Below, piece by piece: positions 10,462 to 19,063 of a stretch of 64,000 bases of DNA; position 1 is the first letter of the stretch, and each line of letters opens with the position of its first letter. Both the position numbers and the translations under genes were made by a program. The stretch comes from Candidatus Woesearchaeota archaeon (GTDB lineage Archaea > Nanobdellota > Nanobdellia > Woesearchaeales > ARS49). The notes beneath the pieces were generated by a model. The model saw only the letters and a program-made list of their open reading frames with translations, was not told where the DNA came from and did not search any database. Location of the stretch: positions 114,492 to 178,491 of the forward strand of contig JAHWHZ010000003.1 of assembly GCA_019322895.1 (NCBI GenBank), in the 5' to 3' direction.

Positions 10462-10806
10462 ATGAGCACAAAATCCAAAGGTGATATCAGTAACGAGGTT
10501 GATAAAATGAAAGTAAATGAACTGAAAGACAAGACAAAGGTTGACGAGCTAACACTTAAGATAACTGCTAAAGAAGAGCCAAAGGATGTTCGCGGCGGAA
10601 CACTCAAGATGTGCAACTGCACAGGAGAGGACGAAACCGGTTCTGTCACAGTCACATTATGGCAGGCAGATGTTGACAAGGTCAATGTCGGTGATACAAT
10701 CAAGATAACAGGCGGATGGTCGCAGATGTATCAGGACAAGCTGCAGGTCTCTTCAGGAAGATTCGGCAAATTAGAGGTTGTCGGCAAGGAAGAAGCTGCT
10801 GAATAA
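10462..10806 (+). CDS. OB-fold nucleic-acid-binding protein (SSB/RPA-like)
   Basis: ELTLKITAKEEPKDVRGGTLKMCNCTGEDETGSVTVTLWQADVDKVNVGDTIKITGG follows the beta-barrel OB pattern seen in archaeal single-OB proteins. Confidence 0.6.
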   Translation: MSTKSKGDISNEVDKMKVNELKDKTKVDELTLKITAKEEPKDVRGGTLKMCNCTGEDETGSVTVTLWQADVDKVNVGDTIKITGGWSQMYQDKLQVSSGRFGKLEVVGKEEAAE

Positions 10807-10968
10807 TTTTTATTTTTTAATTTGCCTTTAGAGGCGCTCTAACCAGCGAATTCTGCGTTTTACTTAAATAAACCGAAAACTTTAAATAGTATTATGAATA
10901 TATATTCATTATTATATACTGAATTATGATTCAAATCGACCAAAGAGTTGGTTTGGGAGGAAAACAAA

Positions 10969-11394
10969 ATGCCATATGGAGATGGAACAGGTCCTGATGG
11001 AATAGGACCAATGACTGGAAGAGGCGCAGGATATTGCGCAGGCTATGATAGCCCTGGCTTTACAAGAGGAATGCCAAGAGGAGGCCGTGGAAGAGGCTTT
11101 GGTAGAGGCCGAGGCTATGGAAGAGGAATGGGCCGTGGAAGAGGCTTTGGTTTTGGAAGAGGATTCTTTGGCTTTGCCAGAGGACTTGGAAGAAGCCTTT
11201 TCGGCTATAGAAGACAAGCATACGGGCCGGCATATGCAGAACCTGCATGGGAGCCGTATGCAGAGCCGACAAAAGAAGAGCAAAAAGCAATGATGGAAAA
11301 CGAAGCAAAAGCAATTGAAGAAGAGCAAAAAGCTTTAAAAGAAGAACTGGAATACATTAAAAAGAAACTAGCAGAAATGAACAAAAAGAGGTAA
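10969..11394 (+). CDS. DUF5320-like protein (Gly/Arg-rich centre, C-terminal coiled coil)
   Basis: The likely start MPYGDGTGPDGIGPMTGRGAGYCAGY lies after a GGGAGG Shine-Dalgarno at about 10956. It is followed by (GRG)n repeats and a C-terminal EEQKALKEELEYIKKKLAEM. Confidence 0.6.
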   Translation: MPYGDGTGPDGIGPMTGRGAGYCAGYDSPGFTRGMPRGGRGRGFGRGRGYGRGMGRGRGFGFGRGFFGFARGLGRSLFGYRRQAYGPAYAEPAWEPYAEPTKEEQKAMMENEAKAIEEEQKALKEELEYIKKKLAEMNKKR

Positions 11395-11395
11395 A

Positions 11396-11821
11396 ATGCA
11401 AAAAGCCAGTTTTAAGGAAGCAGTCTTCAAGTCAGCTAAAGCCCTTTGGCATGCTTTGCCAATACTGGCAGGAGTCATGCTTCTTGTATCCTTGGCAAAT
11501 ACACTGATACCAAAACAGGCATATGCACAGCTCTTTTTCAAGAACATTCTGCTTGACTCATTCATCGGCAGTGCAGTAGGCAGTGTGCTTGCAGGCAGCC
11601 CCATAACCAGCTATATAATAGGCGGTGAACTGCTTGTCCAAGGAATAAGCATGACTGCAGTCACGGCATTTATTGTAGCATGGGTCACTGTAGGAATCGT
11701 GCAGCTGCCTGCAGAAGCAATGATGCTGGGCAAGAAATTTGCAATAACCAGAAACATCTGCGCATTTTTATTTTCCATTATTGTTGCAATAATAACAACT
11801 GCAATCATAGGTGCAATATGA
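11396..11821 (+). CDS. permease subunit (DUF318-like split permease, part 1)
   Basis: 141 aa with 4 hydrophobic helices. Starts 1 nt after the upstream stop and has an ATGA overlap with the next gene. Confidence 0.5.
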   Translation: MQKASFKEAVFKSAKALWHALPILAGVMLLVSLANTLIPKQAYAQLFFKNILLDSFIGSAVGSVLAGSPITSYIIGGELLVQGISMTAVTAFIVAWVTVGIVQLPAEAMMLGKKFAITRNICAFLFSIIVAIITTAIIGAI

Positions 11822-12324
11822 CAGGCAAAAAAACCAGCAAAACAGGATGGTATTTTCTGCTTGCTGTAATTGCGCTTTATCTTATCGTAGGATTACTGAA
11901 ACCAGAATCTATACTGCCCAGCCTGAATTTTTTCTGGCAGATTATTAAACAGATATTTTGGGTTTTTATTATTGTATTTGTGTTGTTTGTGATAATCAAC
12001 TACTTCATACAACCAAAACAGGTAGTAAAATATCTGGGGAAAAAAGCAGGCGTGAAAGGATGGCTGATGGCAATCATAGGCGGAATAATCTCCATAGGTC
12101 CGCCCTACATGTGGTATCCGTTACTGAAAGAGATGCGTAAGCACGGCACAAGAAACGGCCTGCTGGTAGCTTTTCTCTATAACTGGGCAGTAAAACCCGC
12201 CTTGCTGCCTTTATTAATATTTTATTTTGGCTGGATTTTTACAATTGTGCTGACAATAGTGATGATGGTAATGTCAATAATTCAAGGACTACTTGTAGAA
12301 AAGCTCCTGGAAATAGAAAAATGA
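11818..12324 (+). CDS. permease subunit (split permease, part 2)
   Basis: The start MTGKKTSKTGWYFLLAVIALY at 11818 overlaps the upstream stop. Hydrophobic, with a GGIISIGPPYMWYPLL motif. Confidence 0.5.
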   Translation: MTGKKTSKTGWYFLLAVIALYLIVGLLKPESILPSLNFFWQIIKQIFWVFIIVFVLFVIINYFIQPKQVVKYLGKKAGVKGWLMAIIGGIISIGPPYMWYPLLKEMRKHGTRNGLLVAFLYNWAVKPALLPLLIFYFGWIFTIVLTIVMMVMSIIQGLLVEKLLEIEK

Positions 12325-12361
12325 AAAAATTTAAAATAATCAAAGATAAGAGGAGAAACAG

Positions 12362-12850
12362 ATGCCAAGACCAAGACTTCATAGAAGGATAAGATTCTGG
12401 CCAGGAGTCACGCACTTCAAGCCGGCAGGAGTGCGGCTTGCAGAACTGCATGAAGTGGTGCTTACGATGGGAGAATTTGAAGCGATACGATTATGTGATC
12501 TTGAGGATACTAGCCAAAAAGATGCGGCAAAAAAGATGAATGTGTCACAGCCGACACTACAAAGAGTGCTTGCATCTGCAAGAAAAAAGATAGCAGATGC
12601 ACTTGCAAATGGAAAATCAATAAGAATTGAAGGAGGCGAATATAAAATGGTAGCACCAAGAGGACAAGGAAGAGGTCTTAGAAGAGGCATGGGCCCGGGA
12701 ATGGGCAGAGGAAGAATGGGAGGCATGGCAGCAGGACCTGCAGGAGAATGCATTTGCCCTAACTGCGGAGAAAGAGTGCCGCACCAGAGAGGAATCCCTT
12801 GCACAGAAAGAAAATGCCCAAAATGCGGGGCAATGATGACAAGAGGTTAA
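12362..12850 (+). CDS. DUF134 (UPF0251) DNA-binding protein with C-terminal Cys4 zinc ribbon
   Basis: MPRPRLHRRIRFWPGVTHFKPAG...LTMGEFEAIRLCDLEDTSQKDAAKKMNVSQPTLQRVLASARKKIADAL, then GMGPGMGRGRMGG, then CPNCG...CPKCG. Confidence 0.75.
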   Translation: MPRPRLHRRIRFWPGVTHFKPAGVRLAELHEVVLTMGEFEAIRLCDLEDTSQKDAAKKMNVSQPTLQRVLASARKKIADALANGKSIRIEGGEYKMVAPRGQGRGLRRGMGPGMGRGRMGGMAAGPAGECICPNCGERVPHQRGIPCTERKCPKCGAMMTRG

Positions 12851-12855
12851 AAAAA

Positions 12856-13296
12856 ATGAAGATAGCAATAAGCTCAAGCGGCGAAAATCTTGACAGCCCT
12901 ATTGACCCAAGATTCGGAAGATGTCCTTTTTTCATGATTGTTGAAATTGAGGACAAGAAAATAAAGGACAGTAATGCGATAAACAATACTGCGATGATGC
13001 AGGGCGGAGGAGCTGGCATAACTGCAGCGCAGGTTGTAGGCAATGCGGGTGCAGAAGCAGTAATTGCAGTAAACTATGGTCCCAGAGCATTCGGAGTTCT
13101 TTCAGAATTAGGTATTGAAATGTATCAAGGAGTGCAGGGCACAGTAAAGGAAAATGTGCAGCAATTAATTGAAGGAAAACTTAAAAAGCTTGAAGCAGCA
13201 ACAGGACCTATGGGAATGGGACCAAAACCCGGCATGGGTCCAGGTGGTGGCCGGGGCCAAGGACCAGGCAGAGGACAAGGAAGAGGAAACATGTAA
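12856..13296 (+). CDS. NifX/NifB-like (dinitrogenase FeMo-cofactor-binding fold) protein with Gly/Pro/Arg-rich tail
   Basis: MKIAISSSGENLDSPIDPRFGRCPFFMIVEIEDKK...GGGAGITAAQVVGNAGAEAVIAVNYGPRAF, with the tail GPMGMGPKPGMGPGGGRGQGPGRGQGRG. Confidence 0.7.
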   Translation: MKIAISSSGENLDSPIDPRFGRCPFFMIVEIEDKKIKDSNAINNTAMMQGGGAGITAAQVVGNAGAEAVIAVNYGPRAFGVLSELGIEMYQGVQGTVKENVQQLIEGKLKKLEAATGPMGMGPKPGMGPGGGRGQGPGRGQGRGNM

Positions 13297-14540
13297 TGAA
13301 AGACAAAAAAGAACTAAAGGAAGGGCAAAAAGCAGCACTATTGTCTATGCTTGTATCTTTTATACTGGCAGTATTGAAAGCAACAGTCGGCTTTTACTCA
13401 GGCGCAGTCGTGCTTATAACAGATGCGCTTGACTCTGCAGCAGATATCATAGCAAGCTTTGCAGCATATTTCGGGCTAAAACTCTCCAGCAAGAAACCCA
13501 CTGAAAAATTTCCATACGGGTTCTATAAAGCAGAGAACCTTGCTTCATTAGTGATATCTGGATTTATTATATACGCGGCAATAAGATTGCTTATTGAAGG
13601 ATACCAACGGCTGTTCATACTGCCACAGCTGTCATATCCGATACTAACACTTGCAACTGCAATTGTCTCTGGCATTGTTGCCTTGATTATATCAATCTAT
13701 CTGAAAAACAAAGGAAAAAAGATAAATTCAGAGAGCCTGATAGCGAACAGCAAGGACCGGCTGAAAGACGTGTTTGCGGCAATCGCAATATTCGCTGCAA
13801 TACTCTGCACATATTACAAAATACCTTATGTAGAGGGGATAATTACAATAATAATATCCTTGCTGATACTAAAAATAGGATTAGAAACAGTCAAGGATGC
13901 AGTTTTTGCATTGATGGATGTAAGCCCCAGCAAAGATATAGAAGAAAAAATCTGCAAAATACTTGATTCAATGCCCGGAGTGGAAAGCTATACAGGACTG
14001 AAATTAAGAAAAGCCGGCCCTTACATATTCGGAGAGGTCAAGATAAAGATAAGAAAATTTGTCAAAGTAGAAAAAGCACACGAGATAGCAGACAGGATAG
14101 AGCAAAAAATACAGAAAAAAGCAAAACAAATAGAATCATTCACAATACATACAGAGCCATTCAAACAGGAAAAACAAAAAATAGCAGTGCCTGTAAAAGA
14201 AAATAACGGCCTGAAATCCAAGGTGATGCCGCAGCTTGCAAGAGCAAACTATTTTCTTTTTATGACAATAAACAAAAAGAAAATAATTAAGCACCATATA
14301 AAGAAAAACCCCTACAAGGGAAAAAAAGTGAGGGCAGGGGTTGCAGTTACGAACTTTTTGCTGAAAGAAAAGATAGATGTGCTGGTTACAAAAGAGATAG
14401 GAAAGATAATGTTCCACACCCTAAGAGACAATCTGGTGGACGTGTTCAAGACAGATGGCAGGACTGCAAAAGAGATTGGAGAAAGATTCATAGCAGGCAA
14501 GCTGAAAAGACTTACAAAACCAACAAAGGTGAAAGTATGA
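13296..14540 (+). CDS. cation diffusion facilitator (CDF) transporter fused to a C-terminal NifX-like domain
   Basis: The N-terminal ~295 aa have 6 TM helices, DALDSAADII, and a cytoplasmic domain ending FTIHTEP. The C-terminal ~110 aa (KIAVPVKENNGLKSKV...YFLFMTI...VDVLVTKEIGKIMFHTL...FIAGKLKRL) resemble the upstream NifX-like protein. Confidence 0.75.
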   Translation: MKDKKELKEGQKAALLSMLVSFILAVLKATVGFYSGAVVLITDALDSAADIIASFAAYFGLKLSSKKPTEKFPYGFYKAENLASLVISGFIIYAAIRLLIEGYQRLFILPQLSYPILTLATAIVSGIVALIISIYLKNKGKKINSESLIANSKDRLKDVFAAIAIFAAILCTYYKIPYVEGIITIIISLLILKIGLETVKDAVFALMDVSPSKDIEEKICKILDSMPGVESYTGLKLRKAGPYIFGEVKIKIRKFVKVEKAHEIADRIEQKIQKKAKQIESFTIHTEPFKQEKQKIAVPVKENNGLKSKVMPQLARANYFLFMTINKKKIIKHHIKKNPYKGKKVRAGVAVTNFLLKEKIDVLVTKEIGKIMFHTLRDNLVDVFKTDGRTAKEIGERFIAGKLKRLTKPTKVKV

Positions 14541-15370
14541 GAATAGCAGTTACAGGAGGAAAAGGAGGCACAGGAAAAAGCGCAATAGCAACAGCAATTA
14601 CAGCGTATCTTGCTGAGAAAAATAAAGTTATGCTGATAGACCTGGATGCAGACTGCCCAAACGACCACCTGATACTAGATATAGAACGAAGAAAGGAAAA
14701 AGATGTTGAAAGCATGATTCCAGATATTGATTTCAGCAAGTGCATCAAGTGCGGAAAATGCAGCGAGGTGTGCCAATTCAAGGCAATAGTTCATGTCAAG
14801 GGGAAAAAGCCAATTCTTATCCCAGAGCAGTGCAGCGGCTGCGGAGCTTGCAAAATAGCATGCCCTGTTAAGTGCATAGGAGAGACCAAGAAAAAAATAG
14901 GCACAATATATTCCGGCAAAAAAGGCAATATAACATTCATCTCAAGCGACCTCAAGCCAGGAGAGCCCGTATCAGAATTTGTGGTAGACGCAGCAAAAGA
15001 CTTTGCAAAAACAAAAGAAAAAGAGCAGGACATCATAATAATAGACACTGCAGCAGGAACGCACTGCGACGTCATAAGCGCCTGCACTGGATGCGACCTT
15101 GCACTTGCAGTGACAGAGCCAACTCCTTTAGGAGCACATGACTTAAAGTTGATACTTGATCTTCTAAAGATACTGAAAGTGCCTGCAAAAATAGTGCTAA
15201 ACAAATCAACAGTGGGAGACAAGAGACTGATACAGGACATAGCAAAAGAATACGATGTAGAGATAACAGCAGAAGTGCCTTATGAAAAATCAATAGTAGA
15301 AGCATACTCCAAAGGAGAGCCGATTAAACACAAAAGCATAGAAAAAATTGCAGGTGAACTGGAAAAATGA
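14537..15370 (+). CDS. MinD/ParA-type P-loop ATPase with inserted 2x[4Fe-4S] ferredoxin domain
   Basis: GGKGGTGKS deviant Walker A, plus CIKCGKCSEVC and CSGCGACKIAC cluster motifs. 4-nt overlap with both neighbours. Confidence 0.85.
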   Translation: MRIAVTGGKGGTGKSAIATAITAYLAEKNKVMLIDLDADCPNDHLILDIERRKEKDVESMIPDIDFSKCIKCGKCSEVCQFKAIVHVKGKKPILIPEQCSGCGACKIACPVKCIGETKKKIGTIYSGKKGNITFISSDLKPGEPVSEFVVDAAKDFAKTKEKEQDIIIIDTAAGTHCDVISACTGCDLALAVTEPTPLGAHDLKLILDLLKILKVPAKIVLNKSTVGDKRLIQDIAKEYDVEITAEVPYEKSIVEAYSKGEPIKHKSIEKIAGELEK

Positions 15371-16257
15371 AAAGAATAACAGTATTTTCAGGAAAAGGCG
15401 GAACAGGGAAAAGCACAATAAGCTCTTCACTGGCAGTAATGCTCTCAAACAAATATAAAATAATAACAGTGGACTGTGATGTTGATGCTCCAGACCTGGG
15501 GCTGTGTTTTGGGGTGATAGACAAGCATTATGAATGGGAACCAGTACAGACCGGCCAAAAAGCAGAACTTGACGAAAGCAAATGCACACACTGCCAAAAA
15601 TGCAAAAACATCTGCAGGTTCGGTGCAATACAATGGGATGAGAAAAAGAACCAACCAATATTCAACAGGATGATATGCGAAGGATGCTGGGCCTGCAAGC
15701 TGATCTGCCCTGAACAGGCAATACACATGGTTGACGTTGAAAATGGAAGGATAGGAAATGCGAAAACAAAATACACTTTTCCCATAGTTACCGGCCAGTT
15801 AAAGATGGGAGAGACAGGCTCTGGAAAGATAGTTCTTTTTATCAAGACAAGAGCAGAAAAAATAGCACACAAAGAGCAAACAGACATAATGCTTGTAGAT
15901 TCTGCTGCAGGAATCGGCTGTCCAGTGATTGCTTCTATCAATGGCTCTGACTTTGTGCTTGCAGTAACAGAACCAACACCAAGCGCACTAAGCGACCTGA
16001 AAAAAGGGCTGCAGGTAGTAGAGCATTTCCAGATACCATACGGCATGGTAATAAACAAACATGACATAAACCCTGATTTCACCAAAGAAATAGAGAAGTT
16101 TGCAAAAGAAAACAACATTCCTATAATAGGAAAAGTGCCGTATGACAAGGAATTCGTGACTGCATTGGTAAATCTAACACCCGCAGTTGAATGGAACAAG
16201 AAGTTTGAGCAAGTGTTTGAGGAAATGCTTGATAATCTTGAAAAGGCGATAAAATGA
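15367..16257 (+). CDS. MinD/ParA-type P-loop ATPase with inserted 2x[4Fe-4S] ferredoxin domain (paralog)
   Basis: GKGGTGKST, CTHCQKCKNIC and CEGCWACKLIC. Paralog of 14537..15370. Confidence 0.85.
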   Translation: MKRITVFSGKGGTGKSTISSSLAVMLSNKYKIITVDCDVDAPDLGLCFGVIDKHYEWEPVQTGQKAELDESKCTHCQKCKNICRFGAIQWDEKKNQPIFNRMICEGCWACKLICPEQAIHMVDVENGRIGNAKTKYTFPIVTGQLKMGETGSGKIVLFIKTRAEKIAHKEQTDIMLVDSAAGIGCPVIASINGSDFVLAVTEPTPSALSDLKKGLQVVEHFQIPYGMVINKHDINPDFTKEIEKFAKENNIPIIGKVPYDKEFVTALVNLTPAVEWNKKFEQVFEEMLDNLEKAIK

Positions 16258-16592
16258 CCAAAATAGACGCATCAGAATACGGCTGGATAAAGATAGACGG
16301 CAAGACATATAATCATGATGTATACATACTGCCATCCGGCAAAGTTGAACAGAGAGAATACGGTCACACATTCACAAAAGAGCAGATAGAACACTTGCTT
16401 GAAGAAAAGCCAGAAGCAGTTGTAGTAGGCCAAGGAACATCTGGAATGGCAAAGCTAAGTGAAGACGCAAAAAAGCTTTTAGAGAAAGCAAAAGTAAAGG
16501 TTCGCGCAGACTGGACACCGAGAATACATGACACTTTTAACAAGCTTGCCAAAGAAAAGAAAACAGCGGCAATAATACATGTCACTTGCTGA
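16254..16592 (+). CDS. Mth938-like (DUF498) domain protein
   Basis: 112 aa. YGWIKIDGKTYNHDVYILPSGKV...EAVVVGQGTSGMAKL matches the Mth938 family pattern. Confidence 0.55.
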   Translation: MTKIDASEYGWIKIDGKTYNHDVYILPSGKVEQREYGHTFTKEQIEHLLEEKPEAVVVGQGTSGMAKLSEDAKKLLEKAKVKVRADWTPRIHDTFNKLAKEKKTAAIIHVTC

Positions 16593-16602
16593 GGGGATTT
16601 AA

Positions 16603-16806
16603 ATGGGATTTTTTTCATTCTTAACAAAAAGAAAACAGCTGAAATGCGACTGGTGCGGGCAGGAACTGGAAACGCCAAGATATACAAAGCAAGCAGGCAG
16701 CAAAACATACAATTTCTGTTCAGAATCCTGCAAAAAAAGTTTCAGGAAATCAGGCAAAGGAAAGGCCTGCAGGACAAGCTGCCCAACCTGCCCTTTTAGC
16801 AGGTAA
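16603..16806 (+). CDS. small Cys-rich metal-binding protein (TRASH/YHS-like)
   Basis: CDWCGQEL...YNFCSESCKKSF resembles the TRASH motif, and the C-terminal CRTSCPTCP adds further cysteines. Confidence 0.5.
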   Translation: MGFFSFLTKRKQLKCDWCGQELETPRYTKQAGSKTYNFCSESCKKSFRKSGKGKACRTSCPTCPFSR

Positions 16807-16814
16807 GAACTGTC

Positions 16815-17645
16815 TCATACGCCGATTATTCCAGGATTAATCAATAAAACAAAACCCAATAAGAGCATTATCGCTCCGCCGATGAATTTTATTATCTGCA
16901 TCTGTCGCTTGCTTATCTGTTTTGTCTTTAATGTGCATCCAAATACACCTATGACAATGCTCAAAGGCAGGATGTAAATCAGATTATAGAGCAAAAGATA
17001 TGCATAATAGCTGAAGCTGTTTTCAAGCACTTTTCCAGCCAACACACCTGTGTAAATTATAGGGAATCCTGCAGTGCAGGGCAGTTCTACAAGAGAAGCA
17101 AATGCCGCCAGCACAAGTGAGGCCAGTATCAGCATAGGTATGCTGCCTTTTACAAAGACTTCCTTGACGCGGTTTATTCTCTTAAGCAAAGGCGCCTTGT
17201 GCTTTTCCTGAATCATCAAGGTAACTCCTTTCCGGAAAAAGAAAAGTTCTTTGCAGTTTATGATGCCTGCTGCGATGGCAATGCCTGCTATTGAATATCT
17301 CAAAGGGTCAACAAATCCCACAAACTTGAAAATATTCAGCCAGGCAGCCATGAACAAGAAGTATATAATATACACTACAAAAATAAATGTGTATCCTGTG
17401 ATGTAAATCTTTTTTCTTGAATGTGACGCTGAAACAAGCAGGCCAAGCAGTAATGTAAGAACAAAAAGATTACAGGGATTAAAGCCGTCAACCAAAGCAA
17501 TAATGAAAGTGAATACAGGAAGAGGGAGGATTAATCCCAGGTTTTCTAGAAAATCAGGCGAGATGTATTTTGCAAGTACAAAGAAACCGACAAGCAAAAG
17601 GATTACCACAAATATCCAAATAAAAGTTTTTTTTCTGGCGTCCAT
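16815..17645 (-). CDS. CcdA/DsbD-like thiol:disulfide electron-transfer membrane protein
   Basis: 276 aa, polytopic. Two intramembrane Cys motifs (DGFNPCNLF and ELPCTAGFP). Immediately upstream of a thioredoxin-fold gene. Confidence 0.5.
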   Translation of the reverse strand: MDARKKTFIWIFVVILLLVGFFVLAKYISPDFLENLGLILPLPVFTFIIALVDGFNPCNLFVLTLLLGLLVSASHSRKKIYITGYTFIFVVYIIYFLFMAAWLNIFKFVGFVDPLRYSIAGIAIAAGIINCKELFFFRKGVTLMIQEKHKAPLLKRINRVKEVFVKGSIPMLILASLVLAAFASLVELPCTAGFPIIYTGVLAGKVLENSFSYYAYLLLYNLIYILPLSIVIGVFGCTLKTKQISKRQMQIIKFIGGAIMLLLGFVLLINPGIIGV

Positions 17646-17647
17646 GC

Positions 17648-18055
17648 TTATCTTGCCTCTATGAATGTATTAATGATCTCTTGATATTCTTCTTTTGTTT
17701 TAGAGCCGATATATACTGAGCAGCCTGCCAGCAAGGTCGGAGTATACATTATGCTGACACCATAGCTTTCCATAACTGCCCGGTCATCCTCTTTAGACAC
17801 ATCTAAAAACTCAAAATCCAGACCTTTTTCCTGCTCAATCTCTTTCAGGATTGGCTCTGCCATCTTGCAGTGTCCGCAGTGCTCAGATTCAAGCATTATT
17901 ATCTTGTTACTTAGGCCCCTTTCTTTGCAGGACTCTGCAGGTATGCTTGTTTCTGAATCCAAGGTTATTGTTGATGCAGTTTCTTCGCCTTGGCTGCATC
18001 CCGCAAGCAAAACCAGCAAAATCATGCTGAACATAATCAAGTTTCTTGTTTCCAT
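17648..18055 (-). CDS. secreted thioredoxin/glutaredoxin-fold lipoprotein (CGHC)
   Basis: Signal peptide with lipobox LLAGC, and the active-site-like motif EHCGHCK. Confidence 0.65.
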   Translation of the reverse strand: METRNLIMFSMILLVLLAGCSQGEETASTITLDSETSIPAESCKERGLSNKIIMLESEHCGHCKMAEPILKEIEQEKGLDFEFLDVSKEDDRAVMESYGVSIMYTPTLLAGCSVYIGSKTKEEYQEIINTFIEAR

Positions 18056-18119
18056 TCTGTGATCACCATAAATTATTTAAATCACCAGTATTTCAGAATA
18101 TGTAACCATATATAAAGGT

Positions 18120-18620
18120 TTGTTACATAAAATGAAACTCGGCATTTTTGAGAAAAATAAAAGCATTTTCCTTGTTTTAGGCATAATAACAGGCTTTGTT
18201 TTTATAGTGGCATTCAGCGCGCTTTATGTATCTGATGCCATCCAGAAAAACAATGCTTGCGGCTGTGTAATCCCAATACCGTATATGATACTGATTCTGT
18301 CATCCCTAGGAATCTTTGTTGGAAGCGCGGCATATTATTTTACTGTGTCAAAATATGTAAAAGAAGGCAAGGCAAGGAATGAGAACATTAATTATACACT
18401 GAATTTTCTAGAGCCAAAGGAAAGAAAAATAATTAAAGAGCTGATTAAAGACAAGTCCGGCCTTAAACAAGCAGATTTAGAAAGGCGCACAGGTTTTCAC
18501 AAAGTTAAAATCCATAGGATAATAAGCAGGCTTCTGGCAAATGAACTGATTGAAAAAGAGAACCATGGAAAAATAAATAAAATAAGATTAAATCCTCACT
18601 TAAAAGATCTTTTTGAATGA
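18120..18620 (+). CDS. membrane-anchored winged-helix transcriptional regulator
   Basis: Two N-terminal TM helices followed by LEPKERKIIKELIKDKSGLKQADLERRTGFHKVKIHRIISRLLANELIEKE (wHTH). Confidence 0.6.
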   Translation: MLHKMKLGIFEKNKSIFLVLGIITGFVFIVAFSALYVSDAIQKNNACGCVIPIPYMILILSSLGIFVGSAAYYFTVSKYVKEGKARNENINYTLNFLEPKERKIIKELIKDKSGLKQADLERRTGFHKVKIHRIISRLLANELIEKENHGKINKIRLNPHLKDLFE

Positions 18621-18664
18621 AACAGCAATAAGTTTAAATACTAGAAATTAAAAAAACTACATTG

Positions 18665-19063
18665 ATGAAAAAAATAGGTGTTATATCATTACTTTTTGTC
18701 TTATTATTTCTGGTTTCATGCATGCCTGAAACCCCTGAAGTAAAAGAAGTTGTTATCTATGAATTTTACGGCAAAAGCTGCCCGCATTGCAAGAAGATGA
18801 ACACGTGGCTTGAGGAAATCAAGCCAAAGTATCCTTCTTTAACTGTGGTCCAGCATGAAGTTTATTCTAATAAGGATAATCAAAAGCTGTTCCAGGACAT
18901 TACAGATGCTTACGGCAAGATAAGGGGCGGTGCTGTTCCTACAATTTTCATCGGTGATAAAAGAATAAGAGGGTTCAGCGCAGAGCTTGGAGAAAAGATT
19001 GAGGCTGAAATCCAGAACTGCCTTAAGATAGGATGCCCTTCGCCTGCAGATAAGCTAAAATGA
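18665..19063 (+). CDS. secreted thioredoxin-fold lipoprotein (CPHC)
   Basis: Signal peptide with lipobox LVSC. FYGKSCPHCKKM active site and cis-Pro region GAVPTIFIG. Confidence 0.7.
   Translation: MKKIGVISLLFVLLFLVSCMPETPEVKEVVIYEFYGKSCPHCKKMNTWLEEIKPKYPSLTVVQHEVYSNKDNQKLFQDITDAYGKIRGGAVPTIFIGDKRIRGFSAELGEKIEAEIQNCLKIGCPSPADKLK

Noticed and set aside
15528-16199. 223-aa minus-strand ORF
   Set aside because: It is antisense to the second MinD-ferredoxin gene, which has clear Walker A and 4Fe-4S motifs.
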